NCBI GenBank assembly: GCA_030324005.1 | Contig: JARDVH010000128.1 | Location: 14,261,003-14,325,002, forward strand | From: Negaprion brevirostris | Lineage: Eukaryota | Reading direction: 5' to 3' | DNA: 64,000 nucleotides | Shown: piece after piece, positions 26,168-39,750 of the stretch | Layout: each line of letters opens with the position of its first letter | Position numbering within the stretch: position 1 is the stretch's first letter | Notes under the pieces: generated by a model | What the model was told of the DNA's origin: nothing | Database searches by the model: none | What the model saw: only the letters and a program-made list of their open reading frames with translations | Program-made: the position numbers and the translations under genes

Positions 26168-26599
26168 GTAAGAGTTTTTTTAAAAAAAATCATTTACTTC
26201 AGATTCTGGGTTTCACTGTAATCTTATGTCATGCAACATTAATTAGCAACAGATGCATTGTAAAGATGTACTATCAGGGTGGCTGGCTTGCGAAGAATGA
26301 GGGGATGTAAGCAAGTTCTTCTAAAAATCATTGATTAAAGTACTGAGAGAATAAATATAAGATGCTGTATTTGTCAACCAAAACTAAATAATGAGAATAG
26401 ATGTGAACATGAACTACATTTAAAGGTGTATCCATAACCATCAGTTGCACACCTCTTTTCACAATCAGAACACTGTTAAATCTTTTATATTGCTGTCTGA
26501 TAATCGCATATTCTAGTGTTAGCTGCAGCTTTTAACGAAATATTAAGAGCATGCAGGCCTTGTGTGTTCCTATAGGTTGCGAGCCATGTACCCAATTAC

Positions 26600-26850
26600 A
26601 GTCACTGGAAAATCTAATAAGGAATGCAGGTGAAACTTCTTACCCAGAGTGTGGGTAACTTGCAACCACATGAAGTAGTTGAGCCAAATATTCTAGGTAC
26701 ATTAGGCAGAAGCTAGATAATCACATTGAAGAAAGACAGTTGGAAATGCAGATAAGGTTAGATAAAATAGAGTGTGAAAATGGCATGTGTGGAACATAAA
26801 CACCAGCATATATCTGTTGGCTTGAATGGCCTATTCCTATGTAATTCTGT
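26600..26850 (+). mobile_element. CR1 3' fragment
   Basis: aaacttcttacccagagtgtgg ... ggaacataaacaccagcatatatctgttggcttgaatggcctatt. Confidence 0.7.
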
Positions 26851-29800
26851 GTAAAATGAGCTATGAAAAATAATGAGCTACGAAAATATGATTAGAGTAT
26901 CTCATTTTGCTTTTTCCCTCAAAATGGATGTTGAGAGAACTGATTCATTCAAACCTTCACCTTAGTTATTCCACGTTAATACTATCCATTAATTATAAAT
27001 CAGCAGTTCATCAAAAACAGGTGAGAAGCTGGGGCTGTTAATAAGAAATGATAATACTTTCAGCCATTTACTTGAACATTCAGTTACATTTGTTGCTTAT
27101 GATCCTTTGTTGTGGGTAATTGGGAGGAGTACATGTAAAGAGATCAAACTTTAAAAAGGTAACCTCATGTGAAGCAACATATTTGCCAAAGTAACAGAAT
27201 TTTCTCTGAATTTGACAATGAAGATGATGTAACCACAACTGGGTGTGCTTGGAAATCACCCACCAGATTAGTTGGAAGGAGTTGAGAGATAGGATTCAGT
27301 CAATTTATTGAGTTAAATCTCCAGACAATGATAGTCAGTAAAGGAAGATTACCAGCTACTGACTTTCCAGCTAAAAGTCGCTGTTATCATACCAACAAGA
27401 ATTTGAGATCCTAAATGGCACAGGAATAGAATCCCTACAGATCAAGAATAACTATCAGCTCAAAAAGCAAATAGGCAAGTTTCACAAANNNNNNNNNNGG
27501 TTTGGGTAAAATAGGCCAGAGCAAAACTCTGCTCTGAGAAATGAAGCAATCATGTAGGTTAGCCCTCCAGCCTATACGGAAGGCTGAAACGTTCACCATG
27601 TGTTCTGAGTTAACTGAGCTTATGTCAAGAATTGTATAAAGGCCGTAGGTTATTGTTTAGAGGGATGGTAAATTGTATAATGACAGTAGTTTCATCTTTT
27701 TATAGTAATATTTCCATTATTTTTAGATGCTTTTAGCAAAGAAGAGTGGATATATTTTAACTGTTGACTTTGGTAGTCTTGGTCTTTATGTCAAAAGAAT
27801 TTCCAATACACAGCATTTCCTGAACTGGGAAGCATTCCAAAAAGAATTGTTTGTCTCGTCTTGCTTTTAAAGATTGTAAAAATAGCCTTCTGTGGAAGAT
27901 CTTTAAACTCTTACGGATTCATTTAATCAATATCCTCTCTTAAATATCTATACAACGAATATCTTACAACTCTTTCCTCCTACTGTAGTTCCCTTATAAA
28001 AAATTTTAATCTTAATCTTAGTTTGAACGTTATGGTCTGGCTTAATGGTGTGAACAAGCCTTTGCCTGCTTACAGGAACTGTTTTTTGACTGTGGATGCA
28101 AATTGGGAGAGAATCAACGTTGTAACAAACTGAATCTTACTAAGAGGGACACTACAAATATGATTGTTTTATTTTGTTTCAATGCTGTCTGATAACATCG
28201 CTATTTAAAAAGAAGTCTTGAGGATGCTGTCCATTTCAGAGCTCTTGCCTAACAATGGCATGAGCTGTAGTTCAATTCTCCCTTCTCAGGTAAGATGTTA
28301 GGGAGTGAATGGGTGACACCTGTAGGATAATATAAGAGAAACATTATTGAAGAAGAGAGCAAAATTATTTAACATACTAACCTTGTTGGAAGAACAAAGA
28401 CTTTGAGGCATCTGATCCATCATGAGACTTTGAAACTAAGTTAGGTCAAGTAGTTTTGGTCAGTTGAAACAGAACTGAAAAAAATGTATACCTAATCAAC
28501 TTGGGCAGTGAAGAAAACAGGGGANNNNNNNNNNNNNNNNNNNNNNNNNNNNNNNNNNNNNNNNNNNNNNNNNNNNNNNNNNNNNNNNNNNNNNNNNNNN
28601 NNNNNNNNNNNNNNNNNNNNNNNNCATATAATAAGTATACAGATCTTCACAGAATAAATGTGAGAAGTTAGTGGGCAAAAAACACAATTATCTTTTAGTG
28701 GCCTGAAATAACCTGTATTTTTAATATTTGAAGGCAGCTTCTGTTCAAAGCATGAATATTACGGTAGCAAGTAATCTTTAGCCTCATTTCTCTGACTGCT
28801 GTTAACTTGCAACAAATTGCAGCTGTCTTATGTAAATGGTCAAGAATAAATTGTGCAGAGTTTATACTTGGATCACAACTCAAGAGTAAATGCCTTCACT
28901 TGTCACTGGAGTTGACCTCTCCTGCTCAGTGGGAGGTTTGCATTATGGTGATAGATGCACCCTTTTTGTCAATCTCTTTCCATTTACTGCAGGAAGAAAC
29001 ATCCAATGCGTGCTTCAAGCTCTTCATGCAGACATAGTGCAAAAAACTGGACATCTGCATGTGTAAGCCTTGAGAAATTGAAATCAGTTTGAATATCATG
29101 ACCTGAATATGTATTATTCCACCGTTACTATACACGTAGACTTATTCTATTTTTGACTGTTTGTAGAGTTACACATTGATGGGTCAAGTTACAAACCACT
29201 GAAATGGAGTGTGTTCATTTCCCGTTTCTTTTGGTCAAACGTATAGAAATGAGCCTGGGACTGGACATTCAACATCACATTTGTGTTGAGAAAATGACTG
29301 AGTGATCCTAGTAATCCCCATTGATTACATTGATTAAGACAGTCATTAAATCATTGTCACTGACTGCATCAAATGAATTGGAAATATTGATTATTGCTTT
29401 GCTTTTTAAAGTAACTTCTAAAAATATTTCTGATACCTTTATGCTGACTTCTGATTTCAATATTGGCACATTGACCAATGTTTCTGCTTTGTTTTGTTGT
29501 GTTCAATTAAAGCAAAATTGAGATCTGAAAACCTTGAAAACCATTGTCTTAATAACATAAAAACTCCATCGCTTTTTTGAAGAACTTAAGTTTTAGCATT
29601 AAATGTATAGTTAAAACTTAATCTGATCTGTCCTATTTGAGATCTGTGGAACGAGGAAAGATGGAGAATGGGAAAGAGGACCTGGAATCACTTAAAATGT
29701 TTCTCTGGGGGATTTCTAGGGCTCTTTTCGATGGATGAATTGGGCCAAATGGCTTCCTTCATCCGTAATTACTTCATGATTGGCACTTTTTTGTTTATCT

Positions 29801-30852
29801 TACTCATCATCTACAATGTACAGCAAGGAGGCAACTGTTTTCTTTCAGTACAGTGTTTCTTTATGGTATAACTTTGCCAAACATGCACATTTATCAACTA
29901 TGTTAAGGAAATAAGTTATTTAGCTGACGACAAAAACAAACTGTTGTAGTCTATTTTGCAGGAAAATATTTGCATACTCCATAAATGTACATGTTCATGA
30001 TAAATGGCTTTCAAAACATAGACTTTGCTCTTCCCTTCTTCGACACTATATTGCAAGATGAGAAATCAAAGAGCTACTTGCAAGGACTGAGGTACTGAAT
30101 CCGTTAAAGCTTCGTTCAGCTTTGTTCTCAGTGACTTGCTGGACGTAATCCACATGATCGTTCATATATGTTATAGAGGATTAAGAGATGTGGGGCAAAT
30201 TCAAGGAGTTTTTCAGAATGAGGTATCACAATACCTTGAAAGGTTACTCCTTGCTGGAAATAACTTGTCTTTTGCAAAGCTACTCTGCATATGGTCCTAG
30301 TTGCTACATTTCGATCCTTTCCAGCCTACACAGGCCAAAGTAATCCTTAGTCAAAGCGACCAGAAGTGGTTATTTTCTGTTGCCAGCAGTCAAGACTACC
30401 AGCAATGCGTAAATATTGCAAATCAGTTTAAGATGTCTAAGTGAAGTGCCATCCATCTGTTTAATGAGGCTTAGGACGTTAATGTCAGTGGGGGTGACCA
30501 ATATAGTAAAATGTGAAATGTTGCAGATGGCTACCATTTCAAAGTTTGATTCTTAGAACAATCACAGGCTGCAATAGCTTATATTTCAGTAATGAAGTGG
30601 AATTCCTATGAATCAACTAAAAATATACAATTCCAAAACCCACTGTCAAATTCATTGTTGTTTGGCTTAATTGTTGAATCGTAGAATCTTGCAGCGCAGA
30701 AGAAGACCATTTGGCCTATTGTGCCTGTGCTGCCTCTTTCAAAGAACCAGCCTGATAGCCTTATTTTCCTGCAATGTTTTCTTCTTCCAAGTGTATATCC
30801 AATTTCCTTTTGAAAGTTACAAACATCAGCTTTCACTATCCTGGCAAGAAAA

Positions 30853-30980
30853 CACAAAAGCAAATACTACAGATGAAGGAAATCTGAAATAAAAACACAA
30901 GATGCAAGAAATACTCAGGTTTTGTAATATTTCATCAGAACTGGGAAAAGTTAGAAATGTCACAGGTTTTAAGCAAATGA
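30853..30980 (-). mobile_element. Penelope-type terminal repeat fragment
   Basis: aaaagcaaatactacagatgaaggaaatctgaaataaaaacac..aaatactcag; ttcatcagaact is the reverse complement of a CTGATGA box. Confidence 0.65.
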
Positions 30981-31009
30981 ATCAAAATTCTTTACAGGAC
31001 CTCATGAAC

Positions 31010-31410
31010 CACATAAGGAATTGTTAGGGCAGATGACTAAGAGCTTAGTCAAAGGTTTTGTGGTGCATCTCAAAGGAGGAAAGTGAGGTAGAAAGGTGGG
31101 AAGGTGTAGGAAGGGTATTCCACAACCTAGGGCATTTAAAATGGAAAGTCAGGATGCGTAGAATTGGAGCACCATAAATGTCATGGGAAGCTGTCGGAGG
31201 TAATAGAGATAAGGAAGGGCTGAGCCCTTGGAGGAATTTGATAACAAAGAGGAGAATTCTAAATCCGCAGGCTTAGCTGTACCAATGCCAATGTATGTCA
31301 GCAAGAGGTGATGGTTGAAAGAAGACTTGATGCGAATCAGAATACATGTAGTAGGGCACAAGTTTATGGAAGGTGTAGATCGGGAGACCAGCCAGGAGTT
31401 TGATGGAATA
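31010..31410 (-). mobile_element. L2-type LINE fragment
   Basis: catctcaaaggaggaaagtgaggtagaaagg..gagataaggaagggctgagcccttggaggaatttgataacaaagaggagaatt. Confidence 0.7.
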
Positions 31411-33560
31411 CAGTAGGTCCTCACTTAAAATAGTAGGTGCCTTCCCGAAAAGTTCAAAATCTGACGATTTTGAATTTTCTAGTGGTTTAATTCAGAATTC
31501 ACCTGTGTATCCCTAACAAGTACTTGGCTGAATAGTGTTGTGAAGGCTGGAATAACAGGACACGATTGAAGATCTTCTGTGAAACAGAAAATGTTAGTGA
31601 GTTTTGTCCTGTTTTTACTGCCTCAGACCTCAGAAAGGCAGTCATTTGAAAAATATGACAGAATGAAGAAAAATAATATCAATTAGCAAGTTAAGTTTTT
31701 TTTCAGAGTTTAATTTAACCATGATTACATTGGTATAATTTTAGATTTTGTCCTTCTGGATTCTCTTGTACAATCCCTATTAGGACATTCTTATATTTCT
31801 CATATTTGCAGCCACGTTTAGCTTTAGTGTCAAATTCTACAGTAATATTCTGTTCTAGTTTATGTTGCCTACAATTAAATCACTTGTTCTTTTTGCCCTC
31901 ATTATATTTAAACAATTCATTTTTGACCGTTCGCTTTAATTGAGTCTAGAAGTAGAACTTTTATCTCAATAAGTAGGACTAATCTTTGCACCTATTCTGT
32001 TATAGGTTATGACTTCGAATGTTTACTCTACAATTTGAGCATATAAGGTAAACTGATACCATGATCCTGCGTGTGGCTTTGAAGCATACAAATTGGAATC
32101 ATCTCTTCTCTGACCATTACTTTGTACTGCAAAACCTGGTATTATACAGGTTGTAAAAGGACACTTTATTTGGCCTCTGCACTCTGATCTAGGGAAGAAA
32201 AACAAAATGACCCCAAAAGAACATGCCTGGTATTACTGGTAATCTTACTGCAAAATTGTGCATGTGTGCAACTTGGCAGAGATAAGATTGAGTTGAATTG
32301 TGATGCCCATCACAGTCAGGTAATGCCAAAGCATTCTGACTGTGCCCAGGCGTGCTAAGCTTGCTCCTATGAATCCTTATTTTAGGCTAAAAGTGAGTGG
32401 ATGTTAGGGGATGGGGGAGTATTTTGGCAAAAGGCAGAGGGTAGAAAAACCTTGTGCCAAATAGAAACACAGCACTGAATTACTGAAGTATTGCAGTGGT
32501 ACATGTTGACTTGATTCAAACTTGCTGTAGATTCCAATATTATGCATTTGCCAGAGTTCTTTGTTTGTTTCTGATGATGAACTGAATGTCATTATCTGTA
32601 TCAGTAGATGCCTAACATGTAGAATATAAATAATCTTGACAAATGTTGAACATTCTCAATCAATCATTTTATGCTTCTTCNNNNNNNNNNNNNNNNNNNN
32701 NNNNNNNNAGCTGTTTTTCCACAACTTAAGAAAGAAAATCAATTTCGTTTTCCTTTTTGATTTTTGACAAGTGTACGCATTTGGGGATTTTATTAAATTG
32801 TAGCCAAGAAATTACATCCAGATAGTGAAAGTGGCAACAGTGCAAGAATAGTGGTTTATCTGATGATGCCAGATATGCCTTATGTTATTTGGCTTCTGAG
32901 AATAAATGTTTGCATGTAAAAGCGGCCTTTTACTGTTCAAACCTGCCAATTCTTGAGAGTCAGCAAATGCCAGCCAATTCGTCTGAATTTCCCTCCTGAA
33001 TATTGCTTACGTTAGTGCAAAAGTTAGTCTTGATAATTGTGGTATGTTTTGGGTTTAATCATTTGATTAGCCGGAATAGCAGATTTTGCAAGTTAGTACA
33101 TCAGGAGCAATTCAGAAACTTTGAAATTTCCCACTTAAAATTGGGCCAACTTCCAACTTCACTCAATCTTTATGACACATATTTAGAGTTTAGTGATATA
33201 TATAGTACGATGCATTGAGATTTTAAACTTATTTTTTGTTGTAAGTTATGACTAACGAAACCAAGTTCTTTACTGTTTTGTTTCTTTCTCTTTTTCCTCC
33301 TTTCTCTCTCCTCATCTAAAGTTTTAATAGACAGCTCCCTTTCCTGGTAACTGAGTCATGCACATCTCTCCCTTTCTATGACTGATGGCTACAAGTGGAA
33401 TGTGGGGATTTTCAGAACCTTTTTTAAGTTGATAACATTGCTAGTAATTTACTTCTCTCTGGTCTTGAAACATGCGTCTACTGTATTGTAATCTATAAAA
33501 TACAGTTTGCCAATCAGTGTTTTACTATCTTGGTAGAAAATCCCAACATCCGTCTGATGG

Positions 33561-33795
33561 ATAAAAGCAAATTGCTGCAGATGCTGGAAAATCTCAGCAG
33601 GTCTGGCAGCATCTATGAGGAGAGAAAAGAGATGACGTTTCAAGCCCAGATGACCCTTTGTCAAAGCTGCCTTTTGCTGACCCTTTATCAGAGCTTTGAC
33701 AAAGGGTCTCTTGTACTTGAAACATCAGCTCTTTTTTTTCTCCTCACAGAAGCTGCCAGGCCTGCTGAGGTTTTCCTGCATTTTCTGTTTTGGTT
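33561..33795. mobile_element. Palindromic Penelope-derived element (two inverted terminal repeats, each with a hammerhead-like motif)
   Basis: Arms 33581-33668 and 33692-33781 are reverse complements with few mismatches. Confidence 0.8.
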
Positions 33796-34480
33796 ACATC
33801 TGGTAGAACAGCTCGGTAGATGTTATGGGTGTTCCTGTTGTCAGACACCTCCTGGTATCAAATTTGACAGAAAAATAGAGAAAGTGCATATTCTCCCATT
33901 GCATTGTTTAAAATCTCAAGTGATTTGGACAGAATGCAACTCTCGATAAACATGCAGTTGCACAACAACCACAAGATGTTCACATACATGTCTGAACATC
34001 AGAACAGTGTTTGAACCACTAAAGACTAGGGTAGTTAATAAATGTTAATGTGCTTTGTCAAATGAATGATTACTGTGTGCTGGTCTAAATTCTACTGTTG
34101 GCCCAAAAATAGGGACAAGAATAAATCCCTCCATTCTACTCCATCATTCAAAAAGATCATAACTAATCTTCGACAGCAACTCGATTTTCTTTCCCTCCCT
34201 CATCACCATATTTCTAACTCTCTTCTTGCCTTGAATACAATCAATGGCTGAGCAGCCATAGTCCTCTGGATTCACAGTCCTCTAAATGAAGAAATGTCTC
34301 CACATCTCAGTACTAAGTAGCTTGACCCCTTATCCTAAGACCATGACTCTGCAACCAAAGGGAACTGCCTCTCAGCATTTACCTTATTGAGCCCTCATTT
34401 ATATTTATCTTGGGTGATGGTCATATGTGTCATCTTATACTTGCTTCAACACCAACATAATGTATTATTTGCAAAGAATG

Positions 34481-34500
34481 CTAGTGACATCTAGTGGCTC
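34481..34500 (-). promoter_or_regulatory. Candidate CTCF site
   Basis: Minus strand gagCCACTAGATGTCACTAg versus CTCF consensus tggCCACCAGGGGGCGCTA. Confidence 0.55.
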
Positions 34501-37500
34501 TGCATCAATCTTTGTTTTTATTACTTTTTTATTAAAGCATTGTCCAGTCTGGACACCCTAAAACCTGTCTGTGATGTCCAACTGGAATATCATTCGTCTA
34601 TTAGGCATGTGATCAACGCAAGTCAAGGTTGAGGTCTGGATGTAGTTGTGGAATAAAATGTGAATGCATTGAATGTTCTTGATTTTTTTTATTGGTGGCT
34701 TAGTAGGCTTTGACAGGACTTCAGTTGCTGACCATGGCACTGAAATGAGTAACTTGCATTTGATTTACGATTGTTTTGAAAGGCTGGGCACGCGGTGTCT
34801 TCTTTTAGAAAATAGACTGCTTAGGCTATATTTCACAGGACTATAAGCTGTTTTAGGAAGGAAAGGTCCTTGGAGATCAGTTAAATGGTTAATCTGTGAA
34901 AGGAGAAAGGGCTGTGATTGATGGGGGTGTTCATGTCACTGGTTATGAACATGACACACAGACACTTGTAGGATTCCTTCTGTGCAACGATAATGTGCTT
35001 GACAGGCATGTTAAAGTTAGTTTAATGCATGAAGCTCCCGTTTCCTTTGGAAAGGGGAGTGCACCTGTTAGTTTGCAGCCCTGAGTACCATGCTAAGCCT
35101 TGCAGGAGATGTAACACGTGCACTTCAGAAGAGGTTTCCCAGGGCTGGTTTCAAGTGAGCAACTGAGCTTAGTGAGCCATGCATAACACATGTCCCAGTG
35201 AGCTACAAACCCTGATTCCATTTGACAGAAACTTGTAAAACTACTTCTTTTAAAAAGTATACATTTGAAAGTTTGCCCCTGTTCTTTTCTTCTAGTATGA
35301 GCAGGCTGCCTGGATTGTAAGGTTCTGTCACCTGTTTATAGAAGAAACGTTTGAATCTTTCTAAAGAAGCGTGGCATTGAGCAACATTCCTATCAATGTT
35401 TATAACTACATCATTTATCAGTAAACAAGGAGCTAATTGAAATGTCATAGCTGTTATTTCTATTGGATTAATTTATTTCAAGAAAAAGACTCTGATATTA
35501 TTATACTGCACTAACTATTTATAGTTGACCATTTCTGAAGGCAGTGTGCAAAAGTAAGCCCTCCCCATTTGTGATAAGAATGAAAAGTTTATTGACCAAG
35601 GGTTCAGATGTGGGCGGCAGGGTGGGGGAGAGGATTCTTTCAGCTGNNNNNNNNNNNNNNNNNNNNNNNNNNNNNNNNNNNNNNNNNNNNNNNNNNNNNN
35701 NNNNNNNNNNNNNNNNNNNNNNNNNNNNNNNNNNNNNNNNNNNNNNGAGATTAAGTTGTTGCTGAATACGTTCCTGTAATTACTGTTGCTGAAAACAGTC
35801 TGTACAAAGTGTGGTCGCTATGACCAATTCACAAAACACTGACATCAAGCTCATAGTATCACTGGGTTTTGTACAGCCCCATGTTAACAAATGACAATAT
35901 GGACAAAAGAAAATACACCCGGCTGCTCCATTTCATAAACTGATGAAGACTTACCTGCTATAAGCATGCGGAGTTATAAATTGGCGGCTTTCTACAAGCT
36001 CACTGAAAAATAACAGCACGTTGTTTCAATAAGCATATTACTCGATACATTACTGGCAATGACAATACAGATGTTTATTCCATGCTATGATTTTCTACAA
36101 AAAATGTAAATGGCTTGTGCTAGCTATAGGCAAGATTAATATAAGAATTGAACCCAGGAAATATTTGTTGAATAGATAACAAGCTTTTGATTACAGTGAA
36201 TTTGGAAAAAATGTAACTTAACTCATAATGCATAATCTCCTTTCATACCCTTGCCAAGCGATTATACACATAATAAATAACTTGATTTACTGAAGGAAAA
36301 ATGTTCTTAATTAAAACAGGCATGGGATCAATAAGTAGCCTAAAGGGCAGCCTTAAATATATTCCCAGCACTTTCTCATTTGCTTATGCTTCACATGAAA
36401 ATTGCAGAAGGAGGTAAAATTTGCCCTCAAATCTGACCTACGTGCGCTGTTACAAACGACCCAAATTACTAGTTCTTAATACACACCAGTGTAAACCAGA
36501 CATGACTACAGTGTAGGTCTTATGCTAGTCCAGCAGAGGTTAAAACACAAAAGCCACTTTCTCAGTGCTGTTCTCCTAATATGCTGCTAAACATGCTCGC
36601 TCTCGCGCGCGCTCGCTCTCTGTGTAACAGAAAGAAAGAGGCATCTGCATTAACACAGCACCTTTCATGACCTCCGGTCTGTGCAAAGCACTTTAAAGCT
36701 AATGACTTACTTTTGAAGCCTAATTACTCTTATGACGTAAGAAGTCTGACAGACAATTTGTGCATAGCAAGATCCCACAAATGGCCAAATAATGATGGGC
36801 TGATAATTTGCTCTTGTGGAGTTACTTCACAGCAAATCAAAACTCTTTCGTTAATATTTGCAGGTGCATTTTAAAAGCTCAGTTCTGATTTTGCTTTTGG
36901 ATCTCATTATAACAAATACAACCAAAATATGTAGAAAAATCTAAGTGAAATGGCTATTTTTACCTTGCTGTCTACTGTCTCCTGTGAATTGTTGTAATTA
37001 TTGAAAGAATAATGCAGCAGCATCACAGATACCAGATACGAATTTCAGAATATAATTCCCAGCAACCTAACAAAATATTTGCTTCACCTTAGCTGGTTTG
37101 TGGTATGAATGAATCAAACCAGTATGGAGAAAATGTAAAGGGAGGCAGCTTGAGAATTAAGGTGTATAACAGGGTTATTTAGTTAATCATGAAGCAGTTT
37201 TGTTAAACACCTTTTCAGTACGCATACCTTTCATAAGTCTTCTGAATATCAATGATTGAATGGTTGAACTGAACAGTAGAGATTGTATTTGATACACCAA
37301 AACACATCTTTCTGCGACCTGTTGTAATCTTAAATGAGAACACAAATCAGTCTCTTATCATGAAAGCCTGGTGAAGTTGCACTTTAGTACAACATCAGAA
37401 GCATCTTGTGTTTTCAAAAGTGAATAATAGCAACAATGGTATAAAGTTGATCTTTTCGTGGTGACACTGATTTGGAAGTTTTCAAGGCGCTGTATTTAGA

Positions 37501-37589
37501 TTTTGAAACTATAAGTAGGAAGTCCAAGGTTACTGATTTTAAGAGTTGTAATTTATGATTGCAGGTACTGATCTTAAACTGACTTTAAT

Positions 37590-38182
37590 GCTCAAAATTG
37601 TGAGGAGGCTGGATAAAATAGATAGGNNNNNNNNNNNNNNNNNNNNNNNNNNNNNNNNNNNNNNNNNNNNNNNNNNNNNNNNNNNNNNNNNNNNNNNNNN
37701 NNNNNNNNNNNNNNNNNNNNNNNNNNNNNNNNNNNNNNNNNNNNNNNNNNNNNNNNNNNNNNNNNNNNNNNNNNNNNNNNNNNNNNNNNNNNNNNNNNNN
37801 NNNNNNNNNNNNNNNNNNNNNNNNNNNNNNNNNNNNNNNNNNNNNNNNNNNNNNNNNNNNNNNNNNNNNNNNNNNNNNNNNNNNNNNNNNNNNNNNNNNN
37901 NNNNNNNNNNNNNNNNNNNNNNNNNNNNNNNNNNNNNNNNNNNNNNNNNNNNNNNNNNNNNNNNNNNNNNNNNNNNNNNNNNNNNNNNNNNNNNNNNNNN
38001 NNNNNNNNNNNNNNNNNNNNNNNNNNNNNNNNNNNNNNNNNNNNNNNNNNNNNNNNNNNNNNNNNNNNNNNNNNNNNNNNNNNNNNNNNNNNNNNNNNNN
38101 NNNNNNNNNNNTCGGCGCAACATCGTGGGCCGAAGGGCCTGTTCTGCGCTGTAATGTTCTATGTTCTATGTTCTATGTTCTA
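37590..38182 (+). mobile_element. Young CR1 (HER1-like) 3' end across an N gap, with (TTCTATG)n tail
   Basis: KIVRRLDKIDR before the gap; tcggcgcaacatcgtgggccgaagggcctgttctgcgctgtaatgttctatgttctatgttctatgttct after it, CpGs intact. Confidence 0.85.
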
Positions 38183-39021
38183 AAGAAGTAATGGTGTTTC
38201 ATGTATCACATTCTTCTTGCTGCGCAAAGTTTAGCAAGGATGCAAAAGAAAGCATAGAAATTAACAATGTGATTATACAATTGCTTTTAACCAAGTTGCG
38301 TCTTAAATGCACTGAAGTCAAATATATGAGTTTGAGGTACCACATACACTCATAATGGTTGATTTCGTATATAAGTTGGCCCTTATTTTTTCCAAAAGAT
38401 CATCAATTTTTCATTTATCGTGTGCAAATTGACTCCCGACTTCTAGCCAAAAATTCCAAACATTTTCCTTACTGAAGTCAAACTCACCTTGGTGCAAACC
38501 TACTGTTTGACAGAGCCGTAGAGTAGCACAGCATTGAATGTGGCTTTTCCATTCCTTGTGTCTATATGCATCAACATGTGATAAACATAGCTCTTGGCTC
38601 CTCTTGTGCTACTTTTGAGGATGGATTGGCAGAAACAGTCTCTCTTTTTGCATGAAAAATCAACAGAAGTGAGATATTAAGCACCATCACCTCATTGTTG
38701 GTGTCATAATCCTGGATGTTTAAAGTAAGATACAGTAAGGGACTGAAAACGTTTTGTTTCACTGGACCTCCCTTGTACTCAGGACATTTTATTAAATAAA
38801 AGGGTGAAAGAAGGGATATTTCTACTCATTTGTTTGCAGGATTAAAGTTACCAACTTTACGATAGTGAGATGATGGTGGATTTTAACTTTTGAAACTATT
38901 ATTTGAGTAAAGGTTGACCCCTTCGCTAAAAATTTAGTCTCAGAAACTTGACTTTTACGTGAGTTTATACATTACTTGATTTACTTTTGTAGAGAAAAAG
39001 ACTTGAGATTTAGATACCATC

Positions 39022-39729
39022 TGTTATGGGTCAGGTTAGAAACTATGAAGTGTTTTATGAAGCCCGTCTGAACCATAAGTTTTGCATCTTGAATTTGACT
39101 AGGATTAGCATGAGATGTTTCACTTCAGGTATAATTCAAGTGACCCACTAGGGAGCTTTTATCAAACAAAAGTTATTTAAGAATATAGTTAAAATATATA
39201 GTAAGAAAATTAGCAAGAACTTTATCAATTACAAGCAAAATCAAAACAACCACAATAATGTATAACCCTTAATTAATATAGTATATATACATATATATCA
39301 GATGTTCCAATGAAGACCAACATCAAATAAGCAAAACTCTGTAAACTGATTTATCACTCCATAGGCTAAAGCTCTCACAATACTGGAATCCAGTTACATG
39401 GGTTAAATGCTGATTTCAAATGATCTTGAAAACTCAGAGCAGTTTGTTGTCATCCATTTCCCAAAACACCAAAAACATAGATTCTTTACTGCAGCATGGC
39501 AACAAGCCTTTCTTTCAGCTAACTGGTAAAACTTTCAAATCAAAACAGAGAGAAAAGGAGACTTATTTTCCATCTTGCTTCTAAAACTACCGCTAAAACT
39601 GCAGCCAAAATGAAACTAAAAGCAACCCTTGTCACCTGACCAGTAATTTTTTTCCTCCCACCAATAACATCACCTAAAGCTGAGAATGATTTTTAAAAAG
39701 CCCTTTCTTAAAGGGACACTAACGTCACA
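39022..39729 (-). mobile_element. Solo LTR (about 708 bp, probably Gypsy-type)
   Basis: Termini TGTTA...TCACA; flanking 4-bp catc (39018-21) / cgtc (39730-33), a TSD differing by one CpG transition; interrupts a Deu-SINE tail. Strand is inferred. Confidence 0.7.
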
Positions 39730-39750
39730 CGTCTTGTTATTCAACTTCCA

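Noticed and set aside
25993-26310. 105-aa ORF over the LMF1 exon
   Set aside because: Different frame from the real exon and runs through both splice sites.
27228-27486. Possible second solo LTR (tgtaac...ttcaca)
   Set aside because: The right flank runs into an N gap, no TSD can be verified and there is no second copy.
36595-36625. gctcgctctcgcgcgcgctcgctctctgtgt, potential Z-DNA
   Set aside because: Short degenerate microsatellite next to a SINE tail; nothing further supports function.
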